This document shows, one piece after another, positions 18,977 to 27,761 of a stretch of 64,000 nt of DNA (the first letter of the stretch is position 1; every line of letters begins with the position of its first letter). The position numbers and the translations under genes are program-made. Source of the stretch: Chloroflexota bacterium (lineage in GTDB: Bacteria > Chloroflexota > Dehalococcoidia > UBA2247 > JAXHVC01); contig JAXHVC010000144.1 of the NCBI GenBank assembly GCA_034189315.1, positions 1,026 to 65,025 on the forward strand, written 5' to 3'. The notes beneath the pieces were generated by a model. The model ran no database searches. It saw nothing but the letters and a program-made list of their open reading frames with translations, and was not told where the DNA came from.

Positions 18977-19182
18977 GAGACTATGTCACAATTATAAAAT
19001 GCCAACCAGATTTACCATGTCATTGCGAACCGAAGGTGAAGCAATCTCATCCTAAAGAGGAGATCGCCACATCCTCCTTCCGTCACCGGAAGGACTCCTC
19101 CTAAGAAACTGGAGGTTTCTTCCACTAATAACCCGTGTCCCTCAAGTGTCCCGTGCTCGCGATGACATTGCGACACAGTCTC
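18977..19182 (+). mobile_element. MITE copy B (full-length, 206 bp)
   Basis: 5' GAGACTATGTCACAATT ... AATTGCGACACAGTCTC 3' imperfect 16-17 bp TIRs. About 90% identical to the copy at 58325-58531 in opposite orientation. Internal palindromes CCTTCCG/CGGAAGG and AGAAAC/GTTTCT. An extra solo TIR-like CAGACTGTGTCACAATC lies at 18917-18933. Confidence 0.65.
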
Positions 19183-19895
19183 AAAGGGCTTCCCACAGAG
19201 GATGTAGTCTTCAACATACACTTGTCTCCCAAAAGTCTACAAAAAATCATACTTTAGGTGACATACAAGGTTACTCATTGTATGTCAGAATAATCTGATA
19301 TATGCAGAATTCCTGGGCGAATACCGCAGCGCTTCACTATCCGATGATGGGACAATCTCCTGCAAGTCAGGCGGCACCCGAAGGTGCCGTGCGAAACTTG
19401 GAACACGATTGAAGGATACGGCTATCTTACTCCTCTCAAACGCAGCATTAGTCTTTTACTACATTGATCTTCCCTATGACGTTTTGGTTCCCTTACAAAG
19501 ACATGTGTTCGTGGTAACAAACCTGGCTTGGTCAGAACCGAAATAAATCTGTAATGATTGGAAGTAATAAATGTACGTAAATCGCATTTTCTGTGATCGA
19601 TGGTAAAGTCTCCTCCCAACAACGTAGTATCCTATCGATAGTCCTCTTATGGCAGGAGAGGACACATTACGATTCATTAACTTAACCATAGTGCTCCAAG
19701 CTTGTGGTATATTGACTTTAATCAATCTAGTGCAATAATGTGATACACAATGTTCATGTTAAGTAGTTTGGTGATATATATATACTTATATGCATGAAAA
19801 TGACCGTTATTTACAATAAGGTGGAATAATCATCGGTGGCTATCATTGCACCATAATAATGCGCTGATCGATTCGGGGTTGCGGAGGAATTCTCA

Positions 19896-20768
19896 ATGAG
19901 AATAAAGAAATTAGCTCCATCTCTATTGCCAGTACTAATCATTGCAGTGGTACTGATGATGCCGATTCCTACGAGCAAGGTTACAAATCAAGCAGCACAG
20001 GCTACTGGGGGAGATAGTGTGCTCGACAGTGTTCTTGGTTTGCAGGTACCCTTCGTACAGAACCTGGGACAAGTTGAACAGGATACGGTTAGATTCTATT
20101 CTCATACGTTTGGAGGGACCGTCTTTATCGAGGATGATGGTGTTCTAACCTATCATCTACCTAGTGAGGATGGAGCCTGCTTTGTAATTAAGGAATATGT
20201 TGCAGATGCAGCGCCAGTCATACCACAAGGAACTGAACAGTCACCTACGGGTGTGAGTTACTTCGTGGGTAACGATCCACAGAATTGGGATACGGATATT
20301 CCTACCTATAATTCAGTATTGTTTAGTGAGGTCATTGAGGGTGTTAGTGTTTCCTTGAAGGCCTATGGCAATAATATTGAAAAGGTATTCATCGTTCAGC
20401 CTGGAGTGTCTCCCCAGACAATAGTCATGGGGGTTGATGGGGCTGAAGAGCTTAGCATTAACCAACAAGGGCAGTTGGAGGTAATCACTCCTAAAGGGAT
20501 AGTAGCATTCACAGAGCCTGTTGCCTATCAAGATAATGGGGGAAAGAGGCAAGACGTAGAGGTGGCATATGTCTTGCATGATGAGGATCACTATGGATTT
20601 GAGATTGGAGACTATGATCCATCTCTTGTTTTGACCATTGATCCCCTTCTTGCTAGTACCTATGTTGGTGGTACGGATGATGATGCTGCTCGATCCATAG
20701 CAATTGGAAACGATGGGTCTATCTATATAGCGGGGTATGCTTTATCGGACGACTATCCCCATGTCTGA
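19896..20768 (+). CDS. N-terminal part of a large SBBP (beta-propeller repeat) surface protein, ending at an in-frame TGA
   Basis: Signal peptide (LLPVLIIAVVLMMPIP), then repeat units of type YIAGYALSDDYP. It is in the same frame as the downstream 20832-23987 ORF. The 21 codons between them (GGYDCEPGGSSDGFVNRFNSSL) continue the SBBP repeat consensus. Confidence 0.6.
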   Translation: MRIKKLAPSLLPVLIIAVVLMMPIPTSKVTNQAAQATGGDSVLDSVLGLQVPFVQNLGQVEQDTVRFYSHTFGGTVFIEDDGVLTYHLPSEDGACFVIKEYVADAAPVIPQGTEQSPTGVSYFVGNDPQNWDTDIPTYNSVLFSEVIEGVSVSLKAYGNNIEKVFIVQPGVSPQTIVMGVDGAEELSINQQGQLEVITPKGIVAFTEPVAYQDNGGKRQDVEVAYVLHDEDHYGFEIGDYDPSLVLTIDPLLASTYVGGTDDDAARSIAIGNDGSIYIAGYALSDDYPHV

Positions 20769-20831
20769 GGGGGATATGATTGTGAACCAGGTGGTTCATC
20801 GGATGGTTTTGTAAACAGATTCAATAGTAGT

Positions 20832-23800
20832 TTGACCATGCTTCTTCACACCTCTTTCTTAGGAGATACCGGTGATGATGGTGCGTATGCCATTGAGGTG
20901 GATTCTGCGGGTGATGTGTACGTAACCGGGTATACGACGTCTACTACCTATCCTACCACTGAAGATGCATATGATAGAACGCACAACGGTGATAAGGATG
21001 TCTTTGTCAGTAAGCTTAGTGCCAATTTGAAATACCTACTGGCGAGTACCCTGATAGGGGGGGCTGATGAGGACGTTGGAGCTGATCTTGATTTCGATTC
21101 ATCAGGCAATGTTTATGTTACCGGTCGATCACAATCTTCGGGCTTTCCTACTACTACAGGAGCTTTTAGTGAGGGGCACAATGACTCTGGTGGGGCAGGT
21201 GGAGTTGAAGATGTCTTTGTTAGCAAACTGGATAATCAATTGGAGACGCTTGCTGCAAGTACTTTTGTAGGAGGCAGTGGTATAGACCAGGCTCATGCTA
21301 TTGTTCTGGATTCCTCGGCAAATGTGTACATTGCTGGAGAGTCGGGTGCTACCAACTACCCTACTACAACAGGTGCATATGATATTGTTCATGGAGGTTC
21401 ATCGGATGCTTTCATTAGTAAAGTCAGCAGTGATCTGACTTCTATATTGAAAAGTACGTTCATTGGTGGTGCCGGTGAAGACATAGCTCATGATCTTATC
21501 TTGGATTCTGCTGGAAACGTGTATATCACGGGAGAGACGCGGTCTTCAGGATATCCCACAACATCGGGTGTATATGATGAAAGCCATAATGGTAATACAG
21601 ATGCCTTTGTTAGCAAGTTTGACGGCAACTTGGCAAACCTCGTAACAAGCACATTTATTGGTGGTACAGATGAAGACATTGGGAGATCCATGTCTTTCAG
21701 TGCGTCTGGAGATGTGTATATCACGGGACAGACGAGGTCCGCAGACTTCCCAACTACGCTTGGTGCCTTTAATACAATCCATAATCGTTTGGGTGTTGCT
21801 GGGGAGTACCACGATGCATTCGTGAGTAAGTTTAGTAGTGACTTAAATAGCCTTGAGGCGAGCACGTTTGTTGGTGGTGAGGGTACTGATGGGGCTAATG
21901 ATATTTGTCATGATGCCATGAATGATGTTTACATAACTGGTGGGACATCTTCTTTCTTCTTCCCGACGACGGAAGGTGTGGTCAATCCAAACCTTAATGG
22001 TGCTGAAGATGTATTCATTAGCAAGCTTGATGCGGAGCTCTCAGGAACAGGTGTTTGTACACTTGCGATTTCTGTTAGCGGCAAAGGACAAACCGATCCA
22101 CCTGTTGGACAGTATATCCGTGCTGAAGGTGAAATAGTAGATATCACTGCAACTCCTGATGATGGTTGGCATTTTACCAATTGGACTGGAGATGTCGATG
22201 ATCCGGATTCTGCTGAGACTACCGTGACCATGGATTTGGATAAGACGGTGACTGCCAATTTCGCTATTAATACACATACTCTGACTATGTCTTCTGTTGG
22301 CGATGGGAGTACATCGCCTGTATCTGGATCTCACACCTATGATTATGACACAGTGGTTCCTATTACTGCCACACCTTCGGATGGATGGCAGTTTGTGAGA
22401 TGGAAAGGTGATGTAGATTCCCCCACTTCGTCATCGACCACTGTGACTATGGATGACGATAAGACGGTTACTGCTACCTTTGCTCAGGAAGTGCAGATGT
22501 TGACAATGTCGACTAATGGCTCTGGTACGACCACACCGGAATCAGGATCTCATTCCTATGCTAAGGATGATATCGTTGATATTACTGCCGATCCTGCAGA
22601 TGGTTGGGAATTTGCAAATTGGACTGGTGATGTTGCAGACCCTGATTCATCTTCTACTACAGTGGCTATGGATTCGGACAAGACTGTAACTGCCAACTTT
22701 GTTTTAGCTACGTATACCTTGTCCATATCAGTTAACGGGGATGGGACCACCGATCCACAACCAGGACAGTATTCCCACGATGCAAATACTGAGGTTGTCA
22801 TTACCGCAACTCCGGACAGCGGCTGGAAATTCACTGGCTGGGCTGGTGATGTTACTGATACGAGTCCTGAGATTACTGTAGAAATGACATCAGATATGAC
22901 AGTGGTCGCCAACTTCGCAGAAAAGACATTCGCCCTAACCATAACAATCAATGGTGAGGGTTTTACTACTCCTATGGTTGGTAAGAGTGATCATACTCAG
23001 AATAGTGTTGTTAATCTTACAGCTGAGCCAGCAGATGGTTGGCAGTTTGTCAGCTGGACTGGGAATGTGGCAGATACCGCCTCACCGAATACTACAATAA
23101 TCCTGAGTTCTGACCAGGCGGTGGTGGCCAACTTTGTACAAGTGACCCGAACTCTGTCTATGGCGGTGAATGGAAATGGTACTGTCACACCTGATGTTGG
23201 TGAACATGATTATAACGATAATGAGGTCGTCTCTATTAGCGCGAATCCGGCAGAAGGTTGGCTGTTCGATGGATGGACGGGAGATGTGGCAGATCCCAAT
23301 TCGTCCTCTACCACTATTACAATGGATGACTCCTATGCCGTGATTGCCAATTTCTCTCAGAGTATTCACACCTTAACCATTGTGATTGACGGTAGAGGTA
23401 TCACGAATCCGGGTGCAGGGGAATATACTTATGCCCATAAGGAAGGAGTTGAGCTTAGCGCCAATCCGATAGATGGGTGGAGATTTAAAGGGTGGTTTGG
23501 CGACATTGGGCAATCCGAATCACGTACGATTCTTGTTATTATGGATTCTGATAAGACAATAACTGCCGAGTTTGTACCTCCAAATTCGCCACCTGCAGCA
23601 TTCAATCAGACAGTGACCACCCTTCGCGAATCACCGGTGAATATCACTATTACTGGTTCGGATGTGGATGGTGACACGTTAACATTTAAGATAGTCAATG
23701 AACCAGCCCATGGCAAGTTGGAGGGTACTGCCCCGGATCTAACCTATATACCTGATCTTAACTACGTGGGACCGGACAGTTTTGCCTACAAAGTTCATGA

Positions 23801-23987
23801 TGGCACAGAGTATTCCAACGTTGCCACAATTGGTGTCACAGTGGAAACACGGAGCGCTGCAATGGAGGATGGTGATGATGAAGATGGTGAAGGCATGTCT
23901 CTCTGGATTTTGGCGGTCATTGCTGCTGCCGTCCTGATTGTAGGTGTGGTAGTACTTCTTGTAGCCCGTGGAAGCCTTAGGTCATAG
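20832..23987 (+). CDS. continuation of the SBBP beta-propeller surface protein, with 7 tandem Listeria-Bacteroides (InlB B-repeat/Flg_new-like) domains, a cadherin/Ig-like domain, an acidic linker and a C-terminal TM anchor
   Basis: Repeated YxTGxTxSxxFPTTxGAYDxxxxGxxDAFVSKL units (about 8 copies). Seven ~73-aa repeats of GDGTxxPxxGxHxYxxxxxVxITAxPxxGWxFxxWxGDV...TVTANFA lie at about 22050-23580. An acidic EDGDDEDGEG linker is followed by the TM helix LWILAVIAAAVLIVGVVVLLVA. Confidence 0.65.
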   Translation: MTMLLHTSFLGDTGDDGAYAIEVDSAGDVYVTGYTTSTTYPTTEDAYDRTHNGDKDVFVSKLSANLKYLLASTLIGGADEDVGADLDFDSSGNVYVTGRSQSSGFPTTTGAFSEGHNDSGGAGGVEDVFVSKLDNQLETLAASTFVGGSGIDQAHAIVLDSSANVYIAGESGATNYPTTTGAYDIVHGGSSDAFISKVSSDLTSILKSTFIGGAGEDIAHDLILDSAGNVYITGETRSSGYPTTSGVYDESHNGNTDAFVSKFDGNLANLVTSTFIGGTDEDIGRSMSFSASGDVYITGQTRSADFPTTLGAFNTIHNRLGVAGEYHDAFVSKFSSDLNSLEASTFVGGEGTDGANDICHDAMNDVYITGGTSSFFFPTTEGVVNPNLNGAEDVFISKLDAELSGTGVCTLAISVSGKGQTDPPVGQYIRAEGEIVDITATPDDGWHFTNWTGDVDDPDSAETTVTMDLDKTVTANFAINTHTLTMSSVGDGSTSPVSGSHTYDYDTVVPITATPSDGWQFVRWKGDVDSPTSSSTTVTMDDDKTVTATFAQEVQMLTMSTNGSGTTTPESGSHSYAKDDIVDITADPADGWEFANWTGDVADPDSSSTTVAMDSDKTVTANFVLATYTLSISVNGDGTTDPQPGQYSHDANTEVVITATPDSGWKFTGWAGDVTDTSPEITVEMTSDMTVVANFAEKTFALTITINGEGFTTPMVGKSDHTQNSVVNLTAEPADGWQFVSWTGNVADTASPNTTIILSSDQAVVANFVQVTRTLSMAVNGNGTVTPDVGEHDYNDNEVVSISANPAEGWLFDGWTGDVADPNSSSTTITMDDSYAVIANFSQSIHTLTIVIDGRGITNPGAGEYTYAHKEGVELSANPIDGWRFKGWFGDIGQSESRTILVIMDSDKTITAEFVPPNSPPAAFNQTVTTLRESPVNITITGSDVDGDTLTFKIVNEPAHGKLEGTAPDLTYIPDLNYVGPDSFAYKVHDGTEYSNVATIGVTVETRSAAMEDGDDEDGEGMSLWILAVIAAAVLIVGVVVLLVARGSLRS

Positions 23988-24017
23988 TTTATACGTAACT
24001 TCGGTAGAATGTGAATG

Positions 24018-24048
24018 CCCCACTCTCGATTTCTTGAGTGGGGTTCTT
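24018..24048 (+). terminator. intrinsic terminator after the surface-protein gene
   Basis: CCCCACTC-GATTTCTT-GAGTGGGG followed by TTCTT. Confidence 0.5.
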
Positions 24049-24309
24049 CACATCTGAATGACCATTGTAAGTCTAACTGCAGCCTGCAACCTGTGACCAT
24101 ACTACAAGAGTGACAACGAAAGCATGTCTACTGCAACCTCTCAGGGTATATCCAATGAATTTGACTTGAGCCCTATTTTACTACTCTTCTAGATTCCATC
24201 CTCACTAATCCTAGGCTAATAGCATTAGGATTTGCTGTAGAAAAGAATAACGTTTGAAGTCCAGAGTACACTTGCAAATGTAGTACTCTGGGATGCATCA
24301 TTAGAGTAT

Positions 24310-25356
24310 ATGAAGGCAGCGATTTTGAAGGATGTTGGCAATCTAGAAATTGCCAATACTAATGTCCCTATATGCCAAGCTGGGGATGTATTGATCAAGG
24401 TGGAAGCGTGTGCTATTTGTAAGACCGATACCAAGATGTATCGAGTTGGGCAGAGAGACCTCAGAATGCCCAGGATTCTAGGTCATGAGCTCTCTGGTGT
24501 TGTAGTACAAGTGGGACAGTATGTATCCGGAGTATGTGAGGGAAAACGTGTTCAGGTCGCCCCTGGACTCCCTTGTGGCCATTGCTACTTCTGCCTCAAA
24601 GGAGTAACGAATCTCTGCGATAACATGTCGATTATAGGATTCCATTATGATGGTGGCTTTGCAGAGTATGTACTGATTCCTCAGAATGGTGTTGTAAGCG
24701 GTTGTCTGAGTGTTGTTCCTGAGGGACTGTCTTTTGAGGAAGCTGCATTGGCAGAACCTATTGCTTGTTGCCTAAACGCGCAGCGCTTATGTGGAGTGGG
24801 TTTTGATGACAGCGTGGTTATTATAGGGGCAGGTCCCTTAGGTCATATGCAAGCTCAAGTGGCTAGGGTTTTGGGGGCTACCACTATTACATTAATCGAG
24901 AGTGATTCCTGCAGACTCTCCTTTGCTGCGAATGGTACCTATGACTGGATTATAGATACTTCTCATTATGATCCGGTCCGAGAGGTTCTCGAAATAACTC
25001 AGGGTAGGGGGGCCGATGTAGTATTGTGTACTTCTGCCGATCCCCATGTACCTTTGCAGGGGATAAACATGCTTAGGAAAGGTGGGCGACTCTCCTTCTT
25101 TTCTGGGCTCCCGCATGGAGAAGAGCAGATAGCGCTAGATCATAATCTGGTACATTACAGACAACTCCAACTCTATGGTGCTTATGGATGTACTTCGGAA
25201 CAGAACAGGACAGCCATAGATATGCTGGCTAGCAAGACAATTAATGTGGATTGGCTGATCTCTCATCGTATTTCCCTCGATGAAATCATAGAGGGTTTCA
25301 CGTTGGTTGATAATCATGATGCGATGGTGGCGGTTGTTACACAATTTAATAATTAA
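24310..25356 (+). CDS. Zn-dependent medium-chain dehydrogenase (L-threonine 3-dehydrogenase/sorbitol dehydrogenase-like)
   Basis: Catalytic Zn ligands (C..GHE), a structural Zn motif CGHCYFCLKGVTNLC and a GAGPLG Rossmann motif. 348 aa. Confidence 0.7.
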   Translation: MKAAILKDVGNLEIANTNVPICQAGDVLIKVEACAICKTDTKMYRVGQRDLRMPRILGHELSGVVVQVGQYVSGVCEGKRVQVAPGLPCGHCYFCLKGVTNLCDNMSIIGFHYDGGFAEYVLIPQNGVVSGCLSVVPEGLSFEEAALAEPIACCLNAQRLCGVGFDDSVVIIGAGPLGHMQAQVARVLGATTITLIESDSCRLSFAANGTYDWIIDTSHYDPVREVLEITQGRGADVVLCTSADPHVPLQGINMLRKGGRLSFFSGLPHGEEQIALDHNLVHYRQLQLYGAYGCTSEQNRTAIDMLASKTINVDWLISHRISLDEIIEGFTLVDNHDAMVAVVTQFNN

Positions 25357-25362
25357 AAGATA

Positions 25363-26490
25363 GTGAGGAGATATAAGCCTTTGTTTGATGAACAGAAGAT
25401 ACGGGAATTCGGGAGAATAATCGGTTTATTAGGTAAAGGGCAGAACCTGTCTCGCAGCCAAACTAAAGAATGCTATCGTCAAGTGGTTCTCAATGAGCAG
25501 CCGGAATTACAACAAGGTGCTTTCCTTGTGGCCCATCTTATTAAGGGGCCTACTACCACAGAAATGGCTGGGGCATGGGATGCTATGATGGAATATGATA
25601 TGGAGCACATTGCTCCAAAAACCCCTGAGCCTAGCTGTGATATTGTGGGTACGGGATCAGATGCAGTCAAAACTGTCAATGTTTCTACACCATCCGCGCT
25701 TATTGCGAGTGCATGTGGGGTGCCTATGGCAAAGAAAGGGGCGAGGCTTGTAACCGGAGTCTCTGGTGCATCAGATGTATTGGAGGTGTTTGGGGTTGAT
25801 TTGGCGACTCCCTTAGATCGAGTTGAAAAGGGCATCGAGCAAGATGGCATTGGCTATTTACCAGGAGAACAATTCCTGAAATCGGGATGGAGTCGCCTCA
25901 TCACTGTAATGAGGTTCACCACAGTTTTCAATATCATAGGACCAATCACGATGCCTTGTGATACCACAAAGCATATCGTGATAGGGACTTTTGCTCCCGA
26001 TGTTTGTGTAAAGACTATCGACATACTCAGGGAAATAGGTATGAAAACTGCAATGTCGATGTATGGTATGAGCGATGATCATGAGGAGAACCTTGGCATC
26101 GATGAGATATCGATTTGTGGACCGACTAGGGTATGGGAGCTCCGCGACAAGAAGATTGATAATTACACACTGAGTCCTGTTGATTTTGGTATCAAACAGG
26201 CAAAGTACATAGACGTTGCTTCAAGGGATACATGTGAAGGCAATGCACAAGTGATTCTGAGCGTGCTCAAAGGGAAAGATGAAGGTCCCCTATTAGATCT
26301 GTTCTGTGTTAATGCGGCTGTAGCGCTTTACATAACGAATAAGGTGGGCAGCCTTCCCCAAGGGGTGGACATTGCCAAACAAGCTGTTGCAAATGGGACA
26401 GCTTTAGAACAACTGAGACATCTAGTAGCTAATCAAAGTAGTTCTAAAGAGGGGCAGGAGAGATTAGAGCGATTGATACAGTCAGCATAG
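25363..26490 (+). CDS. glycosyltransferase family 3 protein (anthranilate phosphoribosyltransferase TrpD-like, divergent)
   Basis: N-terminal helical domain plus a core GTGSDAVKTVNVSTPSALIASACGVPMAKKGARLVTGVSGASDVLEVFGV that aligns with the TrpD GTGGDGANTFNISTASA...KHGNR...SGSADVLEALGV region. The PRPP loop is GTGSD instead of GTGGD. Confidence 0.55.
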   Translation: MRRYKPLFDEQKIREFGRIIGLLGKGQNLSRSQTKECYRQVVLNEQPELQQGAFLVAHLIKGPTTTEMAGAWDAMMEYDMEHIAPKTPEPSCDIVGTGSDAVKTVNVSTPSALIASACGVPMAKKGARLVTGVSGASDVLEVFGVDLATPLDRVEKGIEQDGIGYLPGEQFLKSGWSRLITVMRFTTVFNIIGPITMPCDTTKHIVIGTFAPDVCVKTIDILREIGMKTAMSMYGMSDDHEENLGIDEISICGPTRVWELRDKKIDNYTLSPVDFGIKQAKYIDVASRDTCEGNAQVILSVLKGKDEGPLLDLFCVNAAVALYITNKVGSLPQGVDIAKQAVANGTALEQLRHLVANQSSSKEGQERLERLIQSA

Positions 26491-26660
26491 TAATCATTCC
26501 ATGACAGTGTACTGTTTGTATCTAGTAGGGAGCGTATACGTTAGGAGCTGGTCGATTTGGAGACCTACGCATAAAAACCCTGGGGTTTTACCGAACACTA
26601 GCTAAAATGATTTTGTATGGAGCGCAGCATATCGCGTTCTTGATCACAGGAGGAAGATAT

Positions 26661-27719
26661 ATGGGAACATCTCTAACGCGTATACTGGAGCAGATCCAAC
26701 CATTGGACAAATCGGCCATGGCCGCCGCGAAAAAACGGCAGAATAGTCTAACCAAACCTCATGGCAGCCTTGGGAGGTTGGAGGACCTTTCCATACAGAT
26801 TGCGGGGATGACTGGCAATCCACTCCCAAAACTTGAAAAAAAGGCCGTTATCACCATGGCTGGGGATCATGGGGTGGTTGCTGAGGGCACAAGTCTATAT
26901 CCCCAAGAGGTAACCCCCCAAATGGTATACAACTTCCTAGATGGTGGGGCTGCGATAAATGTGCTGGGGCGACATGTTGGTGCTAGGGTAGTGGTTGTGG
27001 ATATGGGAGTCGCCGCAGGATTACCGGAACATCCTGAAATGGTATGCAAAATGATTGGTTTGGGGACGGAGAATATGGCTAAGCGTCCAGCGATGAGCCG
27101 AGATCAGGCTGCTGATTGCATTCAAATGGGGATTGATGTATTTGAAGATGAGCTTGCTAAGGGCTTAGATATTGTAGGGACTGGAGACATGGGCATTGGG
27201 AACACCACTGCAAGCAGTGCTGTGGGCGCTGTCATCACTGGGGAACCTGTAGAAGCTGTCACGGGACGAGGAACCGGTTTGGATGATGAAGGTCTAGCTC
27301 ATAAGATTGATGTGATTCAACAAGCAATCAAGGTCAACAAACCAGACCCCAATGATGCTATCGATGTCCTATCAAAGGTTGGGGGATTTGAGATTGGTGG
27401 AATAGCTGGGGTGATTCTGGGAGCTGCTGCTCATCGTATTCCTGTGGTGATCGATGGATTTATCTCGGGAGCAGGAGCCCTTATTGCGGCTGGCCTGTGC
27501 CCACTTTCTAGAGAATATATGATCCCTGCACACGTATCCGTTGAGATAGGTCACCAGGTGATTCTAAGACATCTTGGACTGGATCCACTTGTTTCCCTTA
27601 ATATGCGTCTTGGGGAAGGAACTGGGGCTGCTTTGGGTATTAGCTTAGCGGAAGCCTCCACCAAGATACTTGCTGAGATGGCTACCTTTGGAGAGGCTGG
27701 TGTGACAGAAGCTGAATAG
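26661..27719 (+). CDS. cobT: nicotinate-nucleotide--dimethylbenzimidazole phosphoribosyltransferase
   Basis: CobT-family sequence throughout (MAGDHGV, DMGIGNTT, IDGFISGAGAL). ATG 26661 has GGAGGA about 8 nt upstream (the ORF track starts earlier at 26607). Confidence 0.8.
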   Translation: MGTSLTRILEQIQPLDKSAMAAAKKRQNSLTKPHGSLGRLEDLSIQIAGMTGNPLPKLEKKAVITMAGDHGVVAEGTSLYPQEVTPQMVYNFLDGGAAINVLGRHVGARVVVVDMGVAAGLPEHPEMVCKMIGLGTENMAKRPAMSRDQAADCIQMGIDVFEDELAKGLDIVGTGDMGIGNTTASSAVGAVITGEPVEAVTGRGTGLDDEGLAHKIDVIQQAIKVNKPDPNDAIDVLSKVGGFEIGGIAGVILGAAAHRIPVVIDGFISGAGALIAAGLCPLSREYMIPAHVSVEIGHQVILRHLGLDPLVSLNMRLGEGTGAALGISLAEASTKILAEMATFGEAGVTEAE

Positions 27720-27761
27720 GAGTAGAATAGGCAGTGATGTCGATATCACTAGATATGGGAA

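Noticed and set aside
19012-19221. Small ORFs overlapping the MITE copies (19012-19221, 31944-32126, 41957-42142, also 18578-18805)
   Set aside because: They lie entirely within repeat copies or antisense to real genes, have no SD, and recur only because the repeat recurs. They are treated as spurious.
20766-20798. Selenocysteine recoding of the in-frame TGA in the surface protein (hairpin 12 nt downstream)
   Set aside because: The TGA aligns with a Thr/Ser/Glu repeat position, not a Cys. The hairpin is only 6 bp. No selA/selB/selD or tRNA-Sec is in the window, and the PurM-like protein lacks the SelD GCGCK motif. A surface adhesin is an implausible selenoprotein. The hairpin is recorded only as something to check.
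25363-26490. TrpD-like phosphoribosyltransferase as a direct functional replacement for CobT
   Set aside because: GT-family-3 enzymes use PRPP and give beta-N-ribosides. Cobamide lower ligands need the alpha-riboside that CobT makes from NaMN, and a bona fide cobT is adjacent. The gene is retained as an unexplained accessory, not a CobT analogue.
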